Shown here: positions 1 through 8,454 of the stretch, in pieces
Layout: every line of letters begins with the position of its first letter
Numbering within the stretch: position 1 is the first letter of the stretch
NCBI GenBank assembly: GCA_903866425.1
Contig: CAIPNN010000006.1
Coordinates: forward strand, 1 to 34,267
Length of the DNA stretch: 34,267 nt
Reading direction: 5' to 3'
Source: an uncultured Actinomycetes bacterium
GTDB taxonomy: Bacteria; Actinomycetota; Thermoleophilia; Miltoncostaeales; Miltoncostaeaceae
Notes under the pieces: generated by a model
What the model was told of the DNA's origin: nothing
What the model saw: the letters and a program-made list of their open reading frames with translations, nothing else
Database searches by the model: none
Translations under genes and position numbers: made by a program

Positions 1-566
1 ATCTCGTCGCGATCGGTGCCGAGCATGGTGATGGTGCCCTCGGGCAGGCCCTGGCCGGCGAGCGCTGCGGCCACCACGTCGCCGAGGATGGCGTTTGAGC
101 GCTCAGCAATGCGGCTTCCGCGCAGCACGATGGCGTTGCCGCTCTTCAGCGCGAGCGCCGCGGCATCGGTGGTCACGTTGGGGCGACCCTCGTAGATGAC
201 ACCGATCACGCCAAGAGGGGCCCGGGTGGCAAGGATCTCCAGGCCGTTCTCAACGCGCCAGCCGGAATCGACGATTCCCACCGGGTCGGGCAGGTCGGCC
301 ACCTTGCGAATGGCGTCGGCCATGCCCTGCAGGCGGTCGTCGTCGAGCAGCAGGCGGTCGACCGTTGCGGCCGGGGCATTGTCGGCGCGTGCCTGGCGCA
401 CGTCCTCGGCGTTCTCGGCGATGATCTCAGCCGAACGCGAGACCAGCGCCTTGGCGATGGCCTCCAGAGCCTCCACCTTCGCGCCCGGGCTCATGCGCGC
501 CAGCACGCGGCTCGCCGCACGGGCGGTGGCCAGACGCTGGTTCAGGGGTGTCGCTGCACTGCTCAT
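1..566 (-). CDS. proA: gamma-glutamyl phosphate reductase, N-terminal ~188 codons (gene continues past the window start)
   Basis: Absent from the ORF track because it runs off the window edge. My minus-strand translation from ATG 566-564 reads MSSAATPLNQRLATARAASRVLARMSPGAKVEALEAIAKAL...PLGVIGVIYEGRPNVTTDAAALALKSGNAIVLRGS, the conserved ProA core. It lies 33 nt downstream of proB, as in proBA operons. Confidence 0.85.
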   Translation of the reverse strand, partial: MSSAATPLNQRLATARAASRVLARMSPGAKVEALEAIAKALVSRSAEIIAENAEDVRQARADNAPAATVDRLLLDDDRLQGMADAIRKVADLPDPVGIVDSGWRVENGLEILATRAPLGVIGVIYEGRPNVTTDAAALALKSGNAIVLRGSRIAERSNAILGDVVAAALAGQGLPEGTITMLGTDRDE

Positions 567-599
567 CTTGTGGTCACGCTATCGCACCAACGGGTGCGG

Positions 600-1691
600 T
601 CAGGACACCACAAGACGGTCGCGGTGGATGATCTCGGCCGATGCACCCGGAAGCACCTCGCGCGCGGCGTCCGATCGCATGCCCAGCACCTTGGCAACCT
701 CGTCGTGCGACATCTCCACGATGCCCTTGCCCACCTCGGTGCCATCGGGCCCCATGACGGTGACGGCGTCGCCTGCGCTGAACCTGCCATCGCAGGCCGT
801 CACGCCCACCGGCAGCAGTGACGTGCCCTTCTCGAGCAGCGCGCGCACGGCGCCGTCGTCAACGGTGATGGTGCCCATGCTCGGCTTGGCGTGACGGAGC
901 CACGACTTGAACGAGTTGGCCTCACCCTCACGGCCCGGAAAGCGCGTGCCGATGGCCTCACCGGCGGCGGCAGCCGGGATGACCCCGGCATCGCGTCCGC
1001 TCGCGATGATGCAGGTCACCCCGCAACCGGTGGCGATGCTTGCCGATGCGAGCTTGCTGGCGATGCCGCCGCTGCCGATACCCGAGCCCGGCAGGTCGGC
1101 CAGTTCAACATCTTCCGGGCGCGTACCGGCGGCAACCTCCCCAATGCGCACCGGGCCATCGGCGCCCGGGGCGTACAGGCCGTCGCGGTCGGTGAGCAGC
1201 AGCAGCGTGCGGGCCCGCAGCAGGATTGCCACCTGCGCAGCCAGCACGTCGTTGTCGCCGAAGGTGAGCTCGTCGGTGGCGGTGGTGTCGTTCTCGTTGA
1301 TCACCGGCACTGCCCCAAGTTCGAGCAGGCGCTCGAGCGTGTTGCGCGCGTTGAGGTACGACGTGCGCTGCTCCAGATCGGCAGAGGTGAGCAGCACCTG
1401 CGCCGGTGTGGTGCCGTGGGCACTGAATGCCGCGATGTAGCGGGCGAACAGCGCACCCTGACCCACGGCAGATGCCGCCTGCAGGTCGGGCAGGGCGTCG
1501 GGCCGCGCGGCGATACCGAGCACACCCAGACCGCATGCGATTGCGCCGCTCGATACCAGCACCGGGCGCATACCGGCATCACGCAGCGCCGCGATCTCGG
1601 CCACGCGCGCATCCAGCACGTCGTCGCGCAGATGCCCCTGCTCATCCACCAGCGTGGATGACCCGACCTTGATGACGATGACGTGGCTCAC
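600..1691 (-). CDS. proB: glutamate 5-kinase with C-terminal PUA-like domain
   Basis: ORF 600..1793 trimmed. The first 34 residues are Arg-rich text overlapping obg. GTG at 1691-1689 overlaps the obg TGA (GTGA). The product begins VSHVIVIKVGSSTLV, and has VLVSSGAIA and a C-terminal GTITVDDGAVRALLEKGTSLLPVGV segment typical of ProB. Confidence 0.9.
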   Translation of the reverse strand: MSHVIVIKVGSSTLVDEQGHLRDDVLDARVAEIAALRDAGMRPVLVSSGAIACGLGVLGIAARPDALPDLQAASAVGQGALFARYIAAFSAHGTTPAQVLLTSADLEQRTSYLNARNTLERLLELGAVPVINENDTTATDELTFGDNDVLAAQVAILLRARTLLLLTDRDGLYAPGADGPVRIGEVAAGTRPEDVELADLPGSGIGSGGIASKLASASIATGCGVTCIIASGRDAGVIPAAAAGEAIGTRFPGREGEANSFKSWLRHAKPSMGTITVDDGAVRALLEKGTSLLPVGVTACDGRFSAGDAVTVMGPDGTEVGKGIVEMSHDEVAKVLGMRSDAAREVLPGASAEIIHRDRLVVS

Positions 1692-2617
1692 GCAATCCAG
1701 CCCATGAGGGCGTCGCGCAGTGCCTCGATGCCCTCGCCGGTTTCCGCTGACGTGGCGAACTCGGCGCCCTCCGGCGCCTCGTCGAGGTCGCACTTGGTGG
1801 CAACCACGACCTGCCGCGCACTCTCGGGCGCGTATTCCTCAATGCCCGCACGCACCAGCGCAAGGCGCTCTGCCACCGGGGTGGGGTCAGATGCGTCGAG
1901 GCAGTGCAGGATGACCTTGGCCCGCTCAAGCTGGCCCAGGGCCGCGCCACGGCGCTCGGTGCCGTCGGCGGCAAGCCCCGGCAGGTCGGCCACCAGGTGC
2001 GGCTCGCCGAACTCGTCATCCAGCGGGCCGAACGCCGGCTCCTTGGTGGTGAACGGGTACGGGGCCACTGTGGCGCTCGCACCGGTGAGTGCATTGAGCA
2101 GGGCGGTCTTGCCGCTGTTCGGCAGGCCCACGATTGCCACGTCAACAGGCAGGCGCATCTCAAGCACCAGCCAGGCACCCTCGCCGTCCTCACCCGGAAC
2201 GGTCACGCGCGGGGCCCGGTGCGTCGATGAGCGGAATGCGCGGTTGCCCACGCCGCCGCCGCCGCCGCGCGCCACCTGCAGGCGGTCGCCGGGCTCGGCA
2301 ACCTCGCCGATCACCTCGTCGTCGCGCAGCACGCGTGTGCCCGGCGGCACGTGAATCTCGAGTGCGTCACCGTTCTTGCCGTGGCGGTTACGCCCCTCGC
2401 CCTCGCCGCCCGGCCGCGCCTTGTGGTGCACGGCATGGCGGAACCAGCTCAGGTCGACGATCTGGTCGTCAGCGACGACGACGACGTCGCCACCGCGCCC
2501 GCCGTTACCCCCATCGGGGCCACCCTTGGGCGAGTGTGCCTCACGGCGAAACGAGAGGCATCCGTGCCCCCCGCGTCCCGCCTGGACGTGGATTTGGGCC
2601 CGGTCGGTGAATGACAT
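1688..2617 (-). CDS. obg: Obg-family GTPase, short form (309 aa, no C-terminal extension domain)
   Basis: ORF 1688..2752 trimmed to ATG 2617. The product starts MSFTDRAQIHVQAGRGGHGCLSFRREAH followed by a Gly-rich Obg fold. G1 is GLPNSGKT, G3 is DLPGL, G4 reads TKCD. It has the classical position after rplU-rpmA. Confidence 0.9.
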   Translation of the reverse strand: MSFTDRAQIHVQAGRGGHGCLSFRREAHSPKGGPDGGNGGRGGDVVVVADDQIVDLSWFRHAVHHKARPGGEGEGRNRHGKNGDALEIHVPPGTRVLRDDEVIGEVAEPGDRLQVARGGGGGVGNRAFRSSTHRAPRVTVPGEDGEGAWLVLEMRLPVDVAIVGLPNSGKTALLNALTGASATVAPYPFTTKEPAFGPLDDEFGEPHLVADLPGLAADGTERRGAALGQLERAKVILHCLDASDPTPVAERLALVRAGIEEYAPESARQVVVATKCDLDEAPEGAEFATSAETGEGIEALRDALMGWIA

Positions 2618-2648
2618 GGCGCGGGGTCGCAGGCGACCCCACCCCGGC

Positions 2649-2915
2649 TCAGCTCGCCGGGGCCTCCACCGGGTGCACGAACACGCGACGGCCCTTGTTG
2701 CCGTTGGTGAACTCCACACGACCGGACACGGTGGCGAAGATGGTGTGATCACGGCCGATGCCGGTGCCGTCGGCGGGCTTGAACACCGTGCCGCGCTGGC
2801 GGACGATGATCGACCCGGCCGGGATGACCTGGCCAGCGAACACCTTCACGCCGAGGCGCTTGGAGTTCGAATCGCGACCATTGCGGCTGGAGCCGCCACC
2901 CTTCTTATGAGCCAT
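2649..2915 (-). CDS. rpmA: 50S ribosomal protein L27
   Basis: The 88-aa product begins [32 protein letters not shown] at 2915 lies 2 nt after the rplU stop. Confidence 0.97.
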   Translation of the reverse strand: MAHKKGGGSSRNGRDSNSKRLGVKVFAGQVIPAGSIIVRQRGTVFKPADGTGIGRDHTIFATVSGRVEFTNGNKGRRVFVHPVEAPAS

Positions 2916-2917
2916 TG

Positions 2918-3220
2918 CTAGACCCCGATCCCGGTAATGCGCACGCGCGAAAGGCGCGAACGGTGACCCATCTTGCGCTTGCTGTCCTTCTTCGCCCGGT
3001 AGGTGAAGACGGTGATCTTCGGACCGAGCACGTGCTCCTCGATCTCGGCAGTCACGTTGCCGCCATCGGTGATGCCGTCGGCGGTACCGGTTGCGATGAC
3101 CTTGGGTGAGATGGACTCACCAGGCTCCGCAGCGATGCGGTCGACGACGATGCGCTCACCTTCACGCACCCTGTACTGCTTGCCCCCGAGGGCGATCACG
3201 GCATACTGAGCCACGGGCAT
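2918..3220 (-). CDS. rplU: 50S ribosomal protein L21 (start ambiguous: GTG 3226, ATG 3220 or GTG 3214)
   Basis: The product contains [26 protein letters not shown], typical of L21. GGAG at 3224-3221 sits 6 nt before GTG 3214, so the shortest form is also plausible. Confidence 0.93.
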   Translation of the reverse strand: MPVAQYAVIALGGKQYRVREGERIVVDRIAAEPGESISPKVIATGTADGITDGGNVTAEIEEHVLGPKITVFTYRAKKDSKRKMGHRSRLSRVRITGIGV

Positions 3221-3264
3221 CTCCACGTAACGAACGGAACGCCCGACTCCGGGCGCGATCGCGC

Positions 3265-4908
3265 ATGGTAGTCACTCCACACGCGAAGTGCCACATCAAA
3301 GGGGAAATCACGAGCAACCGGGCCGTCATCGTCGCAGGAATCGCTGCTCTGGCCACGCTTTCGGTGGCCGCGAGTGCCCTTGGGGCATCCGGCGAACTGC
3401 GCGTGGAGGCCCGGGCAAACCCCGATTTCCTTGATCCGGCGCTTGCCTACGACCAGCTTTCGTGGCAGGTGATGGCGGCCACGCAGGGTGGCCTTCTGGC
3501 ATTCCGGCGTGATTCCGGCACCTCGGGCGCCACGCTGGTGCCTGATCTGGCCGAGGCGCTGCCTGCGCTCTCCCGCGACGGCCGCACCCTCACCTTCACC
3601 CTGCGGGACGATGTGCGATTTGCCCCACCTGTGTCGCGCCCTGCCACCGCGAGTGATGTGAAGGCAAGCCTGGAGCGCATGCTGTGGCTCGATTCGCGGG
3701 GCGCCGACCTGTACCGATCAATCCAGGGCGCCGGTGATGTCATCGCGCACCGGTCACGGGTGCTCAGTGGGGTCAAGGCCGACGACACCGCACGCACGGT
3801 CGTCATCTCGCTCAGCCGTCGCGACACCACGCTCACCGAGGCCCTGGCCCTGCCGTTCGCCTCCATCCTCCCCAGAGGCACCAAGCCCGTTGACCAGACG
3901 GTCGACCTGCCGCCCGGCATCGGTGCGTACGTGGTGTCGGGCTTCGACCCCGACACCAGCATCACGCTCACCCCCAATTCCGGGTTCTCCGCGCGCGACG
4001 GCCTGCCGGCCGCCAAGACCTCACGCATCACCATCGCGCTCGGAAGATCGACGCGCGCAGCGGCCGCACGCGTTGCGGCCGCAGATGCCGACTACTCGGT
4101 GAGCCCCGTGCCGCTCGCGGCCACGCAGGCCGGGGGCTATGCACGAGGCGCCACAGCCCATGCCGTCACGCAGTCGGCAACGGCGTATGTGGCCCTCGAT
4201 GCCACGCAGGCACCGTTCACCAACGCCGGTGTGCGACGTGCCGTGGGCCTCGCCCTCGACCGCACTGCTGCCGCACGCGCGGTCACCACCGGGGCACGCG
4301 CCACCGCGCGCATGATTCCCCCGGGTACGCCCGGCAATCGCAGCGCCTCCGTGGCACCCAACGTCAGCGCGGCACGGGCGCTCGTGGCTGCCGCAGGTGC
4401 CACCGGCCGACGCGTAACGCTGTGGACCGGGTCATCCGCAATTGAGCGTGCCATCACGCCGGCGGTGCGCGATGCGCTGTCGAAGGCCGGGCTCTCCCCC
4501 GTGGTGAAGGCCCTGCCGCGCAACTCCGGTCTTGGCAGGTCTGCACCGCGCGCGGCCATTGCCACCGCGCTCTGGACGCAGACCACCCCCGATGGATCGG
4601 ACGCCTACGCACAGCTGCTCGCTGCCAGCGCGCCGGGCACGCCCGCCAATCCGCCCTTCCCTGCCATCTCGGGCGATGCATCACTCAGGTCGTCGGCACG
4701 TGCGGCCAATGGCGCAGCGCTCGGGAAGGCCCGTGATTCCGCATGGGCGCAGGTGGATGCCCGGGCGGTTGCCGATGGGCGTGTGGTGCCCGTGGCGACC
4801 CCGGTGCCGACAGAGGTCACCGCCCCCGGTGTGACCGGCGTGACGGTGAACCCGGTGTTCGGGGTGCTGCTCGGCGCCATGCAGCCGAGCAGCACCCGGT
4901 CGAACTAG
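3265..4908 (+). CDS. ABC-transporter solute-binding protein, family-5 (peptide/nickel type)-like, orphan, with signal peptide
   Basis: ORF 3106..4908 trimmed to ATG 3265, because the upstream part is antisense to rplU. The N-terminus MVVTPHAKCHIKGEITSNRAVIVAGIAALATLSVAASALGASG looks like a signal peptide. It is followed by NPDFLDPALAYDQLSWQVMAATQGGLLAFRR...LVPDLAEALPALSRDGRTLTFTLRDDVRFAPP...ASDVKASLERML, which matches the family-5 SBP N-terminal pattern. The C-terminal half is Ala-rich and less recognisable. Confidence 0.65.
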   Translation: MVVTPHAKCHIKGEITSNRAVIVAGIAALATLSVAASALGASGELRVEARANPDFLDPALAYDQLSWQVMAATQGGLLAFRRDSGTSGATLVPDLAEALPALSRDGRTLTFTLRDDVRFAPPVSRPATASDVKASLERMLWLDSRGADLYRSIQGAGDVIAHRSRVLSGVKADDTARTVVISLSRRDTTLTEALALPFASILPRGTKPVDQTVDLPPGIGAYVVSGFDPDTSITLTPNSGFSARDGLPAAKTSRITIALGRSTRAAAARVAAADADYSVSPVPLAATQAGGYARGATAHAVTQSATAYVALDATQAPFTNAGVRRAVGLALDRTAAARAVTTGARATARMIPPGTPGNRSASVAPNVSAARALVAAAGATGRRVTLWTGSSAIERAITPAVRDALSKAGLSPVVKALPRNSGLGRSAPRAAIATALWTQTTPDGSDAYAQLLAASAPGTPANPPFPAISGDASLRSSARAANGAALGKARDSAWAQVDARAVADGRVVPVATPVPTEVTAPGVTGVTVNPVFGVLLGAMQPSSTRSN

Positions 4909-6422
4909 GCGCTCGCCGACTTCGCGCGTGAGCGCGACGAGCGGCTGCGCGAGCGGCCGGCGCCGGTGCCAGCGGCACCGCCACCGATACGGGCGCTGCC
5001 CGGGGCGAGCGAGCCGTCTGACTCGAGCGTGATGGTCACGCCCAGATCGGTCTCGATGTCGGACAGCACGGCGTTGTCGTCGGCCGTGAGGAACCCCAGC
5101 ACCTCGGGGTGCACGGCCACTGCCACCGGCGACTCGGTGGTACCGGCAAGAGCCAGACGGATCTGACGCTCGGCGTCAATCGCGTGGGTCTCCGGACTCA
5201 CCACAAAGCCCTGGCCGCCACAGGTGGGACATGCCTGGGTCATGATCTCGCGGGCGCCGTCGCTGATGTTCTGGCGCGTCATCTGCACCAGACCAAGCGG
5301 TGAGATCTCCACCACGAACGTGCGGGTGCGGTCCTTGGCAAGGGCTTCGTTCAGCGCCTTGGTCACCGCCCGGCGGTTCTTCGCGTCATCCATGTCGATG
5401 AAGTCGATGACGATGATGCCGCCGATGTCGCGAAGCCTCAGCTGACGCACGACCTCGGCCGCCGCCTCGAGGTTGGTGCGGGTGATGGTGTCTTCCAGCT
5501 GCGTGTTGCCGCGGCCCACGTTCTTGCCCGAGTTGACGTCGATGACCGTCATGGCCTCGGTGTCGTCAATCACCAGCGAGCCACCCGATGGCAGGGGGGC
5601 GCGACGGCTGAGCGTTGAGCGGATGGCATCCTCAACACCGAAGTGCTTGAGCAGCTGTCCGTCGCCCTCCCACACCTTCACGCGCTCGGCGAGTTCGGGT
5701 GAGGTGCGACGCAGGAAGCCCACGATGCGCTCGTGCTGGCGTGGGTCGTCCACCAGCACCTCGTCAACCGAGTCGTTGAGGATGTCGCGGATGACCTTGA
5801 GCGACGAGTCGGCCTCGCTGTAGAGCAGCGAGGGTGTGTCGACCTTGTCGGAGCGCTCGCGGATGGCCTTCCACAGCAGGTTGAGCGACGCCAGGTCGCG
5901 TGCGAGCTCGGTGGCCGACGCGCCGGCGGCTGCCGTGCGCACGATGATGCCGCCGCCATCCTTGGGCAGGCGCTTGCAGATGTCGCGCAGGCGGTGACGC
6001 TCGTCGTCGTCGAGCCGCTTGGAGATACCGATGCCGTCACCAAATGGCACGTACACCAGAAAGCGACCGGCGAGCGACAGCTGCATGGTGAGACGGGCGC
6101 CCTTGGTGCCCATCGGGTCCTTCACGGCCTGCACGATCACCTCATCGCCCTTCTTGAGGAGATCGGCGATGAGCCGCTTCTTCTTGGGAACGCCCTGGGC
6201 AACGACATCGTCAACGTGCAGGAAGCCGTTCTTGCCGATGCCGACCTCGATGAACGAGGCCTCCATGCCGGCGAGCACGCTCTCAACACGTCCCTTCCAG
6301 ATGTGGCCCACAACGGAGCCCTTGCCACGGCGTTCGATCTGCACCTCTGCAACGAGACCATCTTCAAGAATGGCCACGCGCGTCTCGGCGCGGTCGATTG
6401 ACACCAGGATCTGCTTGATCAG
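4905..6422 (-). CDS. rng: ribonuclease E/G family endoribonuclease, RNase G-sized (~505 aa) with short Arg/Ser-rich tail; start probably CTG 6422 or ATC 6419 (the ORF track starts at GTG 6404)
   Basis: Contains ETRVAILEDGLVAEVQIERRGKGSVVGHIWKGRVESVLAGMEASFIEVGIGKNGFLHVDDV (S1 domain), DVNSGK, IVIDFIDM and the Zn-link CPTCGGQG. The frame stays open upstream of 6404 and encodes LIKQILV, matching the usual N-terminal strand of this family. Confidence 0.88.
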   Translation of the reverse strand: MIKQILVSIDRAETRVAILEDGLVAEVQIERRGKGSVVGHIWKGRVESVLAGMEASFIEVGIGKNGFLHVDDVVAQGVPKKKRLIADLLKKGDEVIVQAVKDPMGTKGARLTMQLSLAGRFLVYVPFGDGIGISKRLDDDERHRLRDICKRLPKDGGGIIVRTAAAGASATELARDLASLNLLWKAIRERSDKVDTPSLLYSEADSSLKVIRDILNDSVDEVLVDDPRQHERIVGFLRRTSPELAERVKVWEGDGQLLKHFGVEDAIRSTLSRRAPLPSGGSLVIDDTEAMTVIDVNSGKNVGRGNTQLEDTITRTNLEAAAEVVRQLRLRDIGGIIVIDFIDMDDAKNRRAVTKALNEALAKDRTRTFVVEISPLGLVQMTRQNISDGAREIMTQACPTCGGQGFVVSPETHAIDAERQIRLALAGTTESPVAVAVHPEVLGFLTADDNAVLSDIETDLGVTITLESDGSLAPGSARIGGGAAGTGAGRSRSRSSRSRAKSASA

Positions 6423-7279
6423 CTCTTCCCCTTGCGCCGTAACTTGGCGCGGATGAACGTCTTTGCGGCGTCCTTCACGTCGATGTTCTCCACGTCGCCC
6501 ATCTGACGCGAGATGCGATCAGCGGCGGTGGCGAGTGCGACGGTTGACGCCCATGCGACTGCTCCCCGCACCATCCAACGCGGTGCGGGCACGATACGGG
6601 ACGCGCCGCGGGCCACGTAGGCCACGGCGAGTCCGGTTGCGGTGGCGATTGCCACCTCGGGAATGCGCTTCGCGTTGAGCCCCTGGCCCTCCGCGGAGCC
6701 CATGCGCACCACCATGGCGTGCTGGGCGGCAGCGCTTCCCGTAAACCAGTTGAGCGCGCCGGCGATTGCCGACTCGCGTGCTGCAGCGTCCACCAGATGA
6801 CGGCGGACGGGGTCCCGAAGTGCGGGGTAGCGACGAGCCGCGGGCACGATGCCGGTGCCGAGCGCGCGGATGACCCCTGCGTGAATGAGTTTGGTGGCCA
6901 CGTCCGATTCCAGATCGGGCGTGAACACCAGATCGCCGATCGTGACATCGGGCTCGGCGAGCAACGCACGCTCACGTCGGCCGCGGTCATGATCCGGGCA
7001 CACCACCACCACGAGCGACCGCTGCCCCTGACGCGACCTGGCGGCCACCTCGAGCGCAACGGACCGGGCGTCGTCCTCAACACCCAGCGGGATGAGGAGG
7101 AGGTCGACAGACGCACGGTCCGCCACCGGAACCCCGAGGCTCCCCGACAGGCGATCTGCCAGCCGCTGGTTGGACGGCATGATCGACATCACCCCACCAT
7201 CGAGCGAGTGCTCGTACTCGTCTTTGGTGTCTCTGGCCAGGCGGTTGACCCGCTTGGCGAGTGTGGTGAAGGCCCCCAC
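6419..7279 (-). CDS. hypothetical protein, 286 aa; two C-terminal hydrophobic segments, possibly a DUF697-like membrane-associated domain (by eye only)
   Basis: Strong G/C third-position bias in this frame. GTG 7279 lies 2 nt after the rodA stop. Its TGA (6421-6419) is embedded in CTGATC at the RNase start. Hydrophobic stretches are IPEVAIATATGLAVAYVARGA and WMVRGAVAWASTVALATAA. I recognised no catalytic motif. Confidence 0.6.
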   Translation of the reverse strand: MGAFTTLAKRVNRLARDTKDEYEHSLDGGVMSIMPSNQRLADRLSGSLGVPVADRASVDLLLIPLGVEDDARSVALEVAARSRQGQRSLVVVVCPDHDRGRRERALLAEPDVTIGDLVFTPDLESDVATKLIHAGVIRALGTGIVPAARRYPALRDPVRRHLVDAAARESAIAGALNWFTGSAAAQHAMVVRMGSAEGQGLNAKRIPEVAIATATGLAVAYVARGASRIVPAPRWMVRGAVAWASTVALATAADRISRQMGDVENIDVKDAAKTFIRAKLRRKGKS

Positions 7280-7281
7280 GG

Positions 7282-8454
7282 TCAGACGGCCCCGGCCTGC
7301 GCAGCGCGTCCGCGCATGCCGATGCGAAGGAGTACGCCCACGGCGACGAGGTTGGTCAGTGTGTGGCTCCCGCCGTACGACATGAATGGCAGCGGGATTC
7401 CGGTGATCGGCATGATGCCCACGTTCATCCCGATGTTAACGAACACCTCGAACGCCAGCATCGCCGTGATACCGGCGGCCACCAGTCGCTCGAGCTCGGT
7501 GGCTGCCAATCGCATGATCACGATGGCCCGCCATATGAGGATGAAGTAGGCAGCGATGAGCAGTCCGCCGCCCATGAAGCCGAACATCTCGGCCACCACG
7601 GCGAAGATGAAGTCGGTGTGGTGCTCGGGCAGGAAGTCGTTGATGGTCTGCGTGGCGCCCGACGGCCCCTTGCCCAGCGCGCCGCCCGACCCGATGGCCA
7701 CCTTGCTCTGCTCAAGCTGATACCCGGCCTGGCTGCGGTCGCTCCCCGAGTCGACGAACGAGGTGAGACGGTCCACCTGATACGGCTGCAAGACATTCAG
7801 GCCCACGGCCGGTAACAGGTAGAGCACGAGTGCGACACCCACCAACAGCACGGCGCCAATGGCCGCGAAGTGCGTGATGGGCTGGCCGGCAACCCACAGA
7901 ATTGCGAGGGCGATTGCCGCGTAGACCAGCGAGGTGCCAAGGTCGGGCTGAAGGAACACGATGATGGCCGGCAGCAACGCCAGCGCGAGCACCATGAGCG
8001 TGAGGCGAGCGGGGTCCATGGACTTCAGTCGCTCCATCACCACAACGGCAATGACGAATGCGATCACCACCTTGCCGAGCTCCGATGGCTGCACACGCAC
8101 CGGACCCAGGTCGATCCAGCGGGTTGATCCGCGCGCCGACGCACCCAGCACGAGCACCGCACCCACCGACGCCACCAGGATGGCGTAGATGGTCCACACG
8201 TAGCGCGACAGCCACTCGAGATCGAGCCGGAGTATGAAGAACATGCACACCAGGCCCACCAGGGTGTAGGCCAGCTGGCGCGTGAAGAAGAACCCGGGAT
8301 CTCCCGACACATCCGATTCGGTGGCGGCACGCACCATGTAGATGCCGAAGAACGACACCGCCAGGGTCAGGCCGAGCAGCGTCCAGTCCATACCCGCCGT
8401 GCGGGCCCTCGCGCGGGCCTCGAAGGACTCGCCTGTGCGGCCGAGCGTCGACAT
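7282..8454 (-). CDS. rodA: SEDS-family peptidoglycan polymerase RodA (FtsW/RodA/SpoVE family)
   Basis: ORF 7282..8523 trimmed to ATG 8454, which overlaps the mrdA TGA (ATGA). Polytopic membrane protein with SEDS-type segments: LQPSELGKVV, PDLGTSLVY, LPEHHTDFIFAVVAEMFGFMGG and GIPLPFMSYGGSH. Confidence 0.92.
   Translation of the reverse strand: MSTLGRTGESFEARARARTAGMDWTLLGLTLAVSFFGIYMVRAATESDVSGDPGFFFTRQLAYTLVGLVCMFFILRLDLEWLSRYVWTIYAILVASVGAVLVLGASARGSTRWIDLGPVRVQPSELGKVVIAFVIAVVVMERLKSMDPARLTLMVLALALLPAIIVFLQPDLGTSLVYAAIALAILWVAGQPITHFAAIGAVLLVGVALVLYLLPAVGLNVLQPYQVDRLTSFVDSGSDRSQAGYQLEQSKVAIGSGGALGKGPSGATQTINDFLPEHHTDFIFAVVAEMFGFMGGGLLIAAYFILIWRAIVIMRLAATELERLVAAGITAMLAFEVFVNIGMNVGIMPITGIPLPFMSYGGSHTLTNLVAVGVLLRIGMRGRAAQAGAV

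Noticed and set aside
1692-1793. N-terminal extensions offered by the ORF track for proB (to 1793), obg (to 2752), rodA (to 8523), folC (to 16266), aceB (to 23696), maf (to 14025) and the SBP (from 3106).
   Set aside because: The extensions overlap the upstream gene out of frame (or antisense, for the SBP) and are Arg-rich. Each conserved protein core begins at an internal start placed at, or just after, the upstream stop.
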